Shown piece by piece: positions 1-7,195 of a stretch of DNA of 51,303 nucleotides (position 1 is the stretch's first letter; each line of letters opens with the position of its first letter). Where the stretch lies: positions 1 to 51,303 of IMG/VR virus record IMGVR_UViG_3300038406_000089; one strand, written 5' to 3'. The translations under genes and the position numbers were made by a program. The notes beneath the pieces are model-generated. The model searched no databases. It saw nothing but the letters and a program-made list of their open reading frames with translations, and had not been told where the DNA came from. The DNA comes from a virus. Its lineage: Duplodnaviria > Caudoviricetes.

Positions 1-127
1 TCGAGCTTGATGAGCTGCTTCTTGTCGGCCGGGTCGTAGGTCACGCCATCGACCGCCGCAAGATTGTCGTCGTCGTAGAGGTACTTGATCACGTCGTCGC
101 GAAGCTCGTTCTTGCCCAGCTTCTGCA
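1..127. repeat. 127-bp exact terminal overlap with 51177-51303 (circular assembly)
   Basis: TCGAGCTTGATGAGC...CTTCTGCA is identical at both ends, and an ORF reads through the join in frame. 127 is a common assembler k-mer length. Confidence 0.95.
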
Positions 128-827
128 TCAGCTTGATGCGCAGCTTGGCCTTCGGCAGCTCGCCCTCATCGGTGTCTCCCAACACCGCGAGCAGTGTTTC
201 CGCCGCGAGATCCTCGACGCCCGTGTCCTTTTTCTTGCTAGCAGGCTTGCCCTTGCCAGCCGGCGCCGCCTTGGCACCCTTCGCAGGCTTACCCGCCTTG
301 CCCTGTGCGGGCAGATCGTACACCGTCTCGACCTGGAGATCGCGGCGGTCGTACAGCTTGCCGTCCTTGCCCTTCTCCTGTCCCTGACGCTTCGTCCGCT
401 CCACGTTCACGACGTTGACCGTGCGGACCCGCGTGCCGATGATCGGCTCGTAGTTGATGGACTCCTCGTCATCCGACAGGCGCTCCTCGGGGAAGCCCTT
501 GGCGACGAGGGACGCGAGGAAGATGCCCGCCTCGCTGCTGCTCGGGATGCTCTGACCATCCGGCGTTTCGAGCGTCAGGCCATCGTCGCTCACATCGCCG
601 AAGTTAGCCGCATCACCGATCAGTAGCCTTTTGGAGACATCCTCGTCAGAACCGTCCACTCGGAAGGACGGCACGAACGACAGCGGAGTGAACTCCTCGC
701 CCTTACGCGGACCCCTCTTGATCTCGACGGTGTCCCCGACAACGAACTCGTATCCAGTGAGTACTGAGTCCACATTGCCAAGGAATCCGCCGCCGCCCTT
801 CTTGAACGAACTCGGTCTAGCTCCCAT
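1..827 (-). CDS. Join-spanning protein of about 277 aa (continues to stop at 51170-51172); possibly an ssDNA-binding or replication accessory protein
   Basis: ATG at 827 with AAGGAG RBS; MGARPSSFKKGGGGFLGNVDSVLTGYEF...KKQLIKLEA*; beta-rich N-domain, Lys/Ala/Gly linker, helical C-domain; lies in the replication arm. Missing from the supplied ORF track because it wraps. Function is a guess. Confidence 0.75.
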   Translation of the reverse strand, partial: MGARPSSFKKGGGGFLGNVDSVLTGYEFVVGDTVEIKRGPRKGEEFTPLSFVPSFRVDGSDEDVSKRLLIGDAANFGDVSDDGLTLETPDGQSIPSSSEAGIFLASLVAKGFPEERLSDDEESINYEPIIGTRVRTVNVVNVERTKRQGQEKGKDGKLYDRRDLQVETVYDLPAQGKAGKPAKGAKAAPAGKGKPASKKKDTGVEDLAAETLLAVLGDTDEGELPKAKLRIKLMQKLGKNELRDDVIKYLYDDDNLAAVDGVTYDPADKKQLIKL

Positions 828-851
828 GCGTACGCTCCTTTGAGAATCCTG

Positions 852-1073
852 TTATCGGCCGATACCCTTTGACGGTGCAAAGATCATGCCTACTTCTACT
901 CTACCTTGATCGAAGTCGATGCAGTGACCTTCAGCGCGCGCCCAGTCTCGCGCTTCCTGCTCAGCTTCTTCGCGCGAGGGATAGTACCCGATCCCTGTGC
1001 GGATAGGACCATCGCTGTCGTAGAGCACGGCGACCCATCCGCCAGTTTCCGATTGTACTCCTAGTCGGCTCAT
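852..1073 (-). CDS. Hypothetical protein
   Basis: MSRLGVQSETGGWVAVLY...YPSREEAEQEARDWAR; ATGA overlap with the upstream gene. Confidence 0.6.
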   Translation of the reverse strand: MSRLGVQSETGGWVAVLYDSDGPIRTGIGYYPSREEAEQEARDWARAEGHCIDFDQGRVEVGMIFAPSKGIGR

Positions 1074-1171
1074 CGGCTCACGCTCGCCGAACACGCTCGG
1101 CATAACTGAATAAACCCCCTATCGCTTCTGCGCCCGCACCTTGAGCAGTACACAGCTTTCTTGTCTGTCAT
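1070..1171 (-). CDS. Small Cys4 zinc-ribbon peptide
   Basis: MTDKKAVYCSRCGRRSDRGFIQLCRACSASVSR; ATGA coupling at both ends. Confidence 0.5.
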   Translation of the reverse strand: MTDKKAVYCSRCGRRSDRGFIQLCRACSASVSR

Positions 1172-1311
1172 CGGCTCACGCTCCGTCTGGTCGAGGCCGG
1201 ACGAACGACGATTTTCTTGCCGCAGATGGTACAGCGCATCACTCCCGGTCGGTCGCCCTCGTGATAGCGCCAGTCGTGAAGATGCACCGTCGGCTGCTTC
1301 TTCCTTCCCAT
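1168..1311 (-). CDS. Small His/Cys protein
   Basis: My translation: MGRKKQPTVHLHDWRYHEGDRPGVMRCTICGKKIVVRPASTRRSVSR; GGAG RBS. Confidence 0.5.
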   Translation of the reverse strand: MGRKKQPTVHLHDWRYHEGDRPGVMRCTICGKKIVVRPASTRRSVSR

Positions 1312-1329
1312 GTGTCACGCTCCGTCTCA

Positions 1330-1605
1330 TCAACATCCTCCTCGAATCACTCTCGCGTTGTGGATTGCTGCAACCGTCGTGCCGGCGGCAAATCCGATAG
1401 CGATGCCCTTCGCCAGCTTGCGCGGCTTCATGTTCGGTAGCGTGAACGAGAAGAACACCGTGCTCCCGCCTTTTGCCGCACCGATCAGATACGGGTTGCT
1501 CGACCAGTAGGTGCGCTCGACACAACCCCGGTTGAGTCCGATAGCCGTCGTCGTGATGTCCGCTCCCTGTGCCAGCCACAACCACAGCAGCAAGCCCTTC
1601 ATCAT
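1330..1605 (-). CDS. Small membrane protein
   Basis: Hydrophobic segments; AQGADITTT...NP...HN pattern; AGGAG RBS. Confidence 0.6.
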   Translation of the reverse strand: MMKGLLLWLWLAQGADITTTAIGLNRGCVERTYWSSNPYLIGAAKGGSTVFFSFTLPNMKPRKLAKGIAIGFAAGTTVAAIHNARVIRGGC

Positions 1606-1615
1606 TTCTCCTTTG

Positions 1616-1807
1616 TTATTTGAATCCTATGCTTCTCAATCCTCTGCGTTCCTTGTCTATCCAATCAAGCAGTGGCTGATTAGCATGATCGGCTCTCGGT
1701 TGTTCATGCACTGCTTCTATCAGTCTGATGAAGTCAAGCTGCGCAGCGGGATTGGAGATCCACGTTTCCATGAATCTCTCAAGCCTCGATACCAACCTCT
1801 TTGCCAT
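1616..1807 (-). CDS. Hypothetical protein
   Basis: 63-aa ORF with GGGAG RBS, fits gene tiling. Confidence 0.5.
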   Translation of the reverse strand: MAKRLVSRLERFMETWISNPAAQLDFIRLIEAVHEQPRADHANQPLLDWIDKERRGLRSIGFK

Positions 1808-1821
1808 TACTCATTCTCCCT

Positions 1822-2235
1822 TTGTGCCACTTCTTTGTGACATGCCAGTACGCCCCTATCTATAGATAGGGGGGCGTGTACTGACACGTGAGTTTGTGAC
1901 AAATACCCTACTTGGCACGTTGTCTCTGGTAGTAAAACGCCGTCTCTCGACCCCTCGGAGTGAACTTGTACGTGCCCCGCCCGGCGCCTTTAACTAGTTT
2001 CAAATCCAACAACTTATGAAGACTCCGGTAGAACGTCCTGCGATTCAAGTCGCTGGCGGTCTGCCAATCCTCGACGGTGAATACCTCGTCACTAGTGTTT
2101 TCTATTGTGACAGCACAAAGTAGCAAATCCCTCAATGAATCCGAAGTTAGTGACATGACATAAGGTGGCACAACCGTCGAATTTTCCAATGAAAGCACGA
2201 GACTCTGCTGGCACGAACGCACTCCCATTGTGACA
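1822..2235. other. Putative replication origin: 20-bp palindrome plus TTGTG(A/C)CA repeats
   Basis: CCCCTATCTATAGATAGGGG at 1853-1872; TTGTGMCA at 1822, 1835, 1894, 2105, 2228 and inverted at 2166; spans the 3' end of the helicase gene. Confidence 0.5.
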
Positions 2236-2945
2236 GGCTTCGCGCGCGGGTTGTCTCGCTGCTTGTCGTTGAGCAATTCGATGCCGGCGAGCTGCCCATC
2301 GCGCTCCTTGGACGTGACCTTGAACATCACGTCTACGTTGCCACGCAGCGCCGTATGCCCGCGCTCTGCCTCTCCGCCCTTGTTCGTGTGATGGACGATC
2401 AGCACAGCGCAGTTCGACTCCTGCGAGAGATGCCGCAGCTTCGAGACGAATAGCGCCATGTCGGTGCCGTTCTCGTCGCCGCCCATCATAAACTGGGAGA
2501 GCGTGTCTACCACCACGAGCCCCGGTGCTACGCCGGGCCGTACGCCCTCTTCGATGGTCAGGTCCGCGAGCGCCGCCTGCACATCCTCCACAACCTCATC
2601 CTCCAGAATCGGCAGCGGCCGACACTGGAAGTAAGCAGGGATACTCGCCACGTCCTTCTCCACCATCCACGCCTCGACACGCTTCTGGAGGGACGGGGCG
2701 CCTTCGCCGGCCATGTAGAGGATCGGAGCCTGGAGCGCCTTGAACTCCCCGAGCCAGGGCACGCCCGCTGCTACGCTCAGTGCCCAGTCGAGCGCTACGA
2801 ACGTCTTGCCTCCGTTCGGGCGCCCGTACAGCACACCAACCTCCTGCTGGTGAATGTGGTCTTCGATCAACCACTCAGGCTCGGGCACGTCGAGCAGCTC
2901 AGTGACGGCAAGTAGCTCGACGGGGATACGACTACTCATCTTCAC
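1908..2945 (-). CDS. RepA-like (AAA_25 / SF4-type) helicase with C-terminal winged-helix
   Basis: PEWLIE start, Walker A GRPNGGKT, YMAGEG, Walker B LVVVDTL, VLIVHH, RGHTALRG. Confidence 0.88.
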   Translation of the reverse strand: MKMSSRIPVELLAVTELLDVPEPEWLIEDHIHQQEVGVLYGRPNGGKTFVALDWALSVAAGVPWLGEFKALQAPILYMAGEGAPSLQKRVEAWMVEKDVASIPAYFQCRPLPILEDEVVEDVQAALADLTIEEGVRPGVAPGLVVVDTLSQFMMGGDENGTDMALFVSKLRHLSQESNCAVLIVHHTNKGGEAERGHTALRGNVDVMFKVTSKERDGQLAGIELLNDKQRDNPRAKPVTMGVRSCQQSLVLSLENSTVVPPYVMSLTSDSLRDLLLCAVTIENTSDEVFTVEDWQTASDLNRRTFYRSLHKLLDLKLVKGAGRGTYKFTPRGRETAFYYQRQRAK

Positions 2946-3126
2946 ACGCCTCCAGCCATTCGCCCAACTCGGTGTAGCCCAGTATCACACGACGCTTGTG
3001 ATTGTCCTTGGCGAGGTAGAACGTAAGCCCGCCTTCGACGCCACGAGTGAGACAAACACGCTCTGTCGTCCACCCTACAAGGGCTTCGGATATCTCATCA
3101 TCGCACTTTTCGGAGCTGTCGAGCAT
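2932..3126 (-). CDS. Hypothetical protein
   Basis: 64-aa ORF overlapping the helicase start. Confidence 0.5.
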   Translation of the reverse strand: MLDSSEKCDDEISEALVGWTTERVCLTRGVEGGLTFYLAKDNHKRRVILGYTELGEWLEACEDE

Positions 3127-3170
3127 ACCAACCCCCTATACTAGAGTAACTAGAGTAGAGCACCGTTGCT

Positions 3171-4223
3171 CTACTCAGTCTCGACCGCGCCGAGATGCGC
3201 ATCGGGAGCATCTGCTACGACGCCAAGGTGATCTTCCTCGAACTGCGCCTTGAGAAGTTGTTCCTTCCACCACTCAGGGAAGCCGCGCGTGATGCCTCGT
3301 GAGATGTGCGGCCATGCCCACTTCCACAACGCACGCTCGATTGCTTCCTTCTCCTCCTGCCCGGTGTCCTTCTGGATCTCGATGAGGAGCTTGCCGATGT
3401 CGCGTGGGCTATCCTCCAGCTCGCCACGCTCGCGCAGATGCTGCACGGCTTTGAGCCAGCGCCCCTCGACACGCAGGCCGGCGATGAGACGTTCGAGGAT
3501 GTCGCCGCTGTTCGGGCTCGTCTCCTTCCACGCCTGTTTGTGAGCTTCCTTGAAGCGCTCCGAGACGAACTTGCCCATCAGCGTCTTCTTGTCCACGCCG
3601 TACAGCTCGACCAGCGGCTTGATGACCACGCCCTCGATGAGCTGACCGCCGAGCACGGACTGGGTGTTGTCGAGGATGTTGCGAAGACTGTCCAAGGTGG
3701 CTCCGTGATAGCCCTGCTCGCTTTCGTTTAGGACAGGCACGCATTCGAGCCCGATACGCTCGAACTCGGCGCGCTTGTCGGTCGGATTCAACCACTCGTT
3801 GTCGCCTGTGCTCACGTCGAAGCCAATCAGGTTGTCGCTCGGCACGCGGTCATATGCGAGCGTATTGTGATTGCGCTTCGCTAGGTACTCCGCTCGATAC
3901 GTCCAGCCTGGGTGCAGAAGATGCAGGCGGAATTTCACGCTCTCTACCGCCTTCGTGAACATCTTCTCGGGCGCGTCAGGATTCATCACGCAGCCCTTCG
4001 AGCGAACACGTAGCTCCTGCACCGTGCCGACACCTGCCGGACAATCGCAGTTGAATAGTCCTACTGACCTGTTACAACCGAGACAGATTTGATCTTCAAA
4101 TAAACCAAACGAGAACTGTGAGCCATCGACCTTCTCTTCCACGATATGCGGGTAGTTCAGCAGCTCGCGCACGGCACGGTGCCCCAGGTTGTAGATCGAC
4201 GGATACGAAGTCCAGCTACTCAT
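3171..4223 (-). CDS. ATP-dependent RNA ligase (Rnl2-like)
   Basis: YPSI N-terminus, motif I EEKVDGSQ, IGFDV, motif IV EGVVIK, motif V KFVSERFKE; start at 4223 has GGAGG RBS. Confidence 0.85.
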   Translation of the reverse strand: MSSWTSYPSIYNLGHRAVRELLNYPHIVEEKVDGSQFSFGLFEDQICLGCNRSVGLFNCDCPAGVGTVQELRVRSKGCVMNPDAPEKMFTKAVESVKFRLHLLHPGWTYRAEYLAKRNHNTLAYDRVPSDNLIGFDVSTGDNEWLNPTDKRAEFERIGLECVPVLNESEQGYHGATLDSLRNILDNTQSVLGGQLIEGVVIKPLVELYGVDKKTLMGKFVSERFKEAHKQAWKETSPNSGDILERLIAGLRVEGRWLKAVQHLRERGELEDSPRDIGKLLIEIQKDTGQEEKEAIERALWKWAWPHISRGITRGFPEWWKEQLLKAQFEEDHLGVVADAPDAHLGAVETE

Positions 4224-4444
4224 CGTGTGTATCCTCCCACAAAGCAGTTCTCGCGCAGGGACCAAACGCCGACGTTCGTGATCGTGTCGCGCGTGTCTTC
4301 GAGCAGCGCTCTCGCCTCGCTCTCGACATCATCGCGCTCGGTCGGGGTCATCAGCCACTCGGACGTGAAGAAGCCCTTCTTCGTCTTGTGCGGGCGCGAG
4401 ACGCAGAAGCAGAAGGGGCCGTGATGGTTATCAAGAAACGTCAT
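4220..4444 (-). CDS. Hypothetical protein
   Basis: MTFLDNHHGPFCFCVSRP...; GGAGG RBS; overlaps ligase start. Confidence 0.6.
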   Translation of the reverse strand: MTFLDNHHGPFCFCVSRPHKTKKGFFTSEWLMTPTERDDVESEARALLEDTRDTITNVGVWSLRENCFVGGYTR

Positions 4445-4601
4445 CGGCCCTCCAGATAGCGCGCACCCGTGCAAGCTGAAAGCACACCAGCCCGCCCAAG
4501 CGAGTCCTGACGAGCAAATGCTTTCCGTTCGACCGTACTTCGAGAACGTCGTGACAGCAGAAGATCCCTTTGGTGCTGTAGTCGATGTTGATGCAGATCA
4601 T
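4431..4601 (-). CDS. 56-aa protein, paralog of 43112-43285
   Basis: My translation: MICINIDYSTKGIFCCHDVLEVRSNGKHLLVRTRLGGLVCFQLARVRAIWRADDVS; AAGGAG RBS; below the ORF-track cutoff. Confidence 0.7.
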   Translation of the reverse strand: MICINIDYSTKGIFCCHDVLEVRSNGKHLLVRTRLGGLVCFQLARVRAIWRADDVS

Positions 4602-4963
4602 CGCAGCTCCTTTGCCGCTTCACTCGGCGCCCACCCCTCGCGGATGATCTCTACCTCGACAGGCCGGCGCCCGAACTCCAGCGCTTCGTAGCACGACCAG
4701 AAGTAGAGATCGAGGATGCGGCCTTTGATCGCCGGCCCCGTATCCTGCACCGAGTAGATGCCATCCCAGCGGGGATCGCCGGCATCCACGCGCACGATGC
4801 TACCGAGCGGTAGCACGCGCGGGTCCGCCGCCGCCATGCCCCTCCGCACCTTGAGCCCGGTGGCGGTGTGCGTGCCCTTACAGTAGGCTGTGGCGGTCCA
4901 GCTCTGTGCGCTCAACGTAATCGACGCGAGCAGTGCGAAGATTACGAGTGCTACTCGACGCAT
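4598..4963 (-). CDS. 3D-domain (MltA-like) cell-wall protein with signal peptide
   Basis: ATAY...TATG...AAADPRVLPLGS...DTGPAIKGRILDLY...FGRR; three Asp of the 3D motif. Confidence 0.9.
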   Translation of the reverse strand: MRRVALVIFALLASITLSAQSWTATAYCKGTHTATGLKVRRGMAAADPRVLPLGSIVRVDAGDPRWDGIYSVQDTGPAIKGRILDLYFWSCYEALEFGRRPVEVEIIREGWAPSEAAKELR

Positions 4964-5160
4964 TATTCACCGTCCTTGATTGCAGCCAGCTCGTAGAGCA
5001 CCCATGTGACTAGCTCAGGATTCGAGTGCATGAGCAGCCTGAGCCCATCCCTGATAGTCTCGCGCGAGTGCTCGCGAACCAGCATGGCGGCTTTGAACAT
5101 ATCAGACATGCAATTCAGACAGTGAAGCTGTTTCACATTTACCTCCCGAACAGCAGCCAC
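4963..5160 (-). CDS. Hypothetical protein
   Basis: ORF tiles between neighbours; start uncertain. Confidence 0.45.
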   Translation of the reverse strand: MAAVREVNVKQLHCLNCMSDMFKAAMLVREHSRETIRDGLRLLMHSNPELVTWVLYELAAIKDGE

Positions 5161-5300
5161 TTCCAGCGTCCGAAGAATCCGCGTCCCGCGAGCGAGATGA
5201 ACTGAAGCCGCGTCAGGCCGATCTCTCGTGCGAGCGACTGAGCGACCACACGCCGCCCCTCGATCTTCGCTGCACGCTTCGTACGATTCTGATTACTCAT
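5139..5300 (-). CDS. Basic protein, possibly HTH-like
   Basis: MSNQNRTKRAAKIEGRRVVAQSLAREIGLTR; GGAGG RBS. Confidence 0.5.
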   Translation of the reverse strand: MSNQNRTKRAAKIEGRRVVAQSLAREIGLTRLQFISLAGRGFFGRWKWLLFGR

Positions 5301-5351
5301 GCGTTCCTCCAGCGGGCGAAGCTGCCCATTGCCACGTGTCTTGTGCATACC

Positions 5352-5684
5352 CTACTCCATGTTCACAATATCGTGAACACGCCACTCTGCGTGAACGTGG
5401 GCGTAATGCCCTGGAACTTGCCAGTAGACGAGCAGCCCGTGACCGTCGAGCCACTCAGCTAGTCCAGCAAGATCCGTGCCATGCCAATCGAGCGCTCGAT
5501 CCTCGTAGTGTGCGCTGTTGCGCGAGTGAACATGGTCATTCGCCGATACCACCGTTAGCTCATTCCCCGTGCGCACTGCCCAGATGTCCGCGATATCGAA
5601 CAGTGCGTGATTGAGCTGTCCCTCCAAGCGGACAGGAACGCGAAGCCCTTCAACTACCGTGGCCTGCCCGCTGCGGTAGGGGGG
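5352..5684 (-). CDS. Peptidase M15-type (Hedgehog/DD-peptidase fold) domain without a convincing start of its own
   Basis: SANDHVH...SAHYEDRALD...HVHAEW (H-x6-D...H zinc ligands); see the frameshift finding. Confidence 0.75.
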   Translation of the reverse strand, partial: PPYRSGQATVVEGLRVPVRLEGQLNHALFDIADIWAVRTGNELTVVSANDHVHSRNSAHYEDRALDWHGTDLAGLAEWLDGHGLLVYWQVPGHYAHVHAEWRVHDIVNME

Positions 5685-5884
5685 ACGACGTATCCTTGCT
5701 GCGAGAGCAGATCCTTGATGCCCTCGACTTCCTTGCTGAGTGCCTCGATGTGCTGAGCCTGGAGCCTCGCGCTCGCCTCGTACTGGTACAGGAGCTGCCC
5801 CGTCATGTGCCACACGAACGCAATCACGCCGGCCGCAAGCACCCACGGCAGAACGACCTGCTTGAACTCATCCCAGATCCTCAT
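5654..5884 (-). CDS. Membrane-anchored coiled-coil protein
   Basis: GAGGAGG RBS; N-terminal TM VVLPWVLAAGVIAFVW followed by heptads. Confidence 0.7.
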   Translation of the reverse strand: MRIWDEFKQVVLPWVLAAGVIAFVWHMTGQLLYQYEASARLQAQHIEALSKEVEGIKDLLSQQGYVVPPTAAGRPR

Positions 5885-6143
5885 TGAGCCTCCTCGTAGT
5901 GCCGATGGAACCGTATTCCTCGTCTTCGGGATCGTTCACCCAGAAGCGCTGTCCCTCGGTAGGCAGCTCGCTTCGGATGAGTGTGCCGCCCCACGACTTG
6001 CGTGGGATGACGCGAAACGTCAGCGGTGTTTCGATGAGGCGACGGCGTTCCTCGTGCGTGAGCGGCCGATTGCGCAACTTCTCAGCCGCACGCTTGAGCT
6101 TCTTGCCTACTTCCGGTGTTGGATCGAGTGGGTGTCCGCTCAT
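5868..6143 (-). CDS. Hypothetical protein
   Basis: MSGHPLDPTPEVGKKLK...; ATGA coupling. Confidence 0.55.
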   Translation of the reverse strand: MSGHPLDPTPEVGKKLKRAAEKLRNRPLTHEERRRLIETPLTFRVIPRKSWGGTLIRSELPTEGQRFWVNDPEDEEYGSIGTTRRLNEDLG

Positions 6144-6283
6144 CGGTTCTTCCCCCGCTTGATACGCCCGTGGTAGCACTTGCCCTTCGCGGTGCAAGCT
6201 CCCGTGCGCGTGTGTCCGACGTAGCCGGTGATCTTGCCCTTGTTCTGCGGGCCGAACTTGATGATGGCGGCTTTGGATGCCAT
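6140..6283 (-). CDS. Small basic protein
   Basis: My translation: MASKAAIIKFGPQNKGKITGYVGHTRTGACTAKGKCYHGRIKRGKNR. Confidence 0.5.
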   Translation of the reverse strand: MASKAAIIKFGPQNKGKITGYVGHTRTGACTAKGKCYHGRIKRGKNR

Positions 6284-6603
6284 TAGTCTTTGTTCCTCGC
6301 AATGATGCGTTCTTCACCGATCAACCGACCAGGGAGAACACGCCCGAGATTATGCACAGGATTCCCCACCGCACAACACACCTGGAACAGCTCAGTGTTC
6401 GGGTAGCTGGACAGAGCGGTTTCGAGGGTCTTGCGGCTCACTGCCACGTAGCGAGATCCCTTCGACAGCTCGGTCACGTCGCCGTGCCGCAGCTCACGCT
6501 CGTTGAACACATCGGGGAACAGCGTCTTCAGCACCCGCGCCGCATCGCCACACTTGCTCGCCGCCTCCAGCACTCGTTCGCTCGTGATCTTGAGTTCAGC
6601 CAT
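6283..6603 (-). CDS. Hypothetical phage protein
   Basis: MAELKITSERVLEAASKCGDAARVLKTLFPDVF; AAGGAGG RBS. Confidence 0.65.
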   Translation of the reverse strand: MAELKITSERVLEAASKCGDAARVLKTLFPDVFNERELRHGDVTELSKGSRYVAVSRKTLETALSSYPNTELFQVCCAVGNPVHNLGRVLPGRLIGEERIIARNKD

Positions 6604-6659
6604 CGACGTTGCCTCCTTCGCTGAAAAGTATCCGGGTTCTGCGATGCGAATATGACCGC

Positions 6660-6830
6660 TCACTTGTCTTCCTTCTCCTTCGTGCCGTCCACCGCAACCA
6701 CATGCCAGTTGCAGAGATTGAATCCTCCCTGCACAGGCTGCGGCTCGCCCACCTTGTAGGCGTCACGATGGTTGACTGCTTCGACAATGCGTGCTCTCGT
6801 CCACACTTCATAGACTACGAACTTTGCCAT
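6660..6830 (-). CDS. Hypothetical protein
   Basis: My translation: MAKFVVYEVWTRARIVEAVNHRDAY...FNLCNWHVVAVDG. Confidence 0.5.
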   Translation of the reverse strand: MAKFVVYEVWTRARIVEAVNHRDAYKVGEPQPVQGGFNLCNWHVVAVDGTKEKEDK

Positions 6831-7171
6831 TAGAGTAATCCTTTCAGGTAATCGAGCACCACGAGACGCGGGAAGTTGGTCGCGTAGTAGAAGTCATACC
6901 AGCTGCCAGTAACCAGTAGACCGGCGATGATGACAATGGTAAGACCGAAGAAGCCGGCGATGCCTTCTTCTCCCATTGTGAACTCGTAGACGATCATCAG
7001 AACGCCAAGCACAGCAAGTGCCACGCCAGCCCACCACCCTACCGTGGCCTGGAGAATCGCAGCTCCGACAATGTCCTGCAACACAGCCGGGAGCTGATCT
7101 GCGCCCGAGTTGGCAAGGTCGATCATCCGGCGAACGAACTCCTGAAGCGCGTCGGTAATCTCCGGTGTCAT
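6830..7171 (-). CDS. Two-TM membrane protein, first gene of the leftward arm
   Basis: AAGGAGGAG RBS; two hydrophobic helices; PRLVVLDYLKGLL C-terminus. Confidence 0.75.
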   Translation of the reverse strand: MTPEITDALQEFVRRMIDLANSGADQLPAVLQDIVGAAILQATVGWWAGVALAVLGVLMIVYEFTMGEEGIAGFFGLTIVIIAGLLVTGSWYDFYYATNFPRLVVLDYLKGLL

Positions 7172-7195
7172 ATGCTCCTCCTTCGTTCACTGGCA

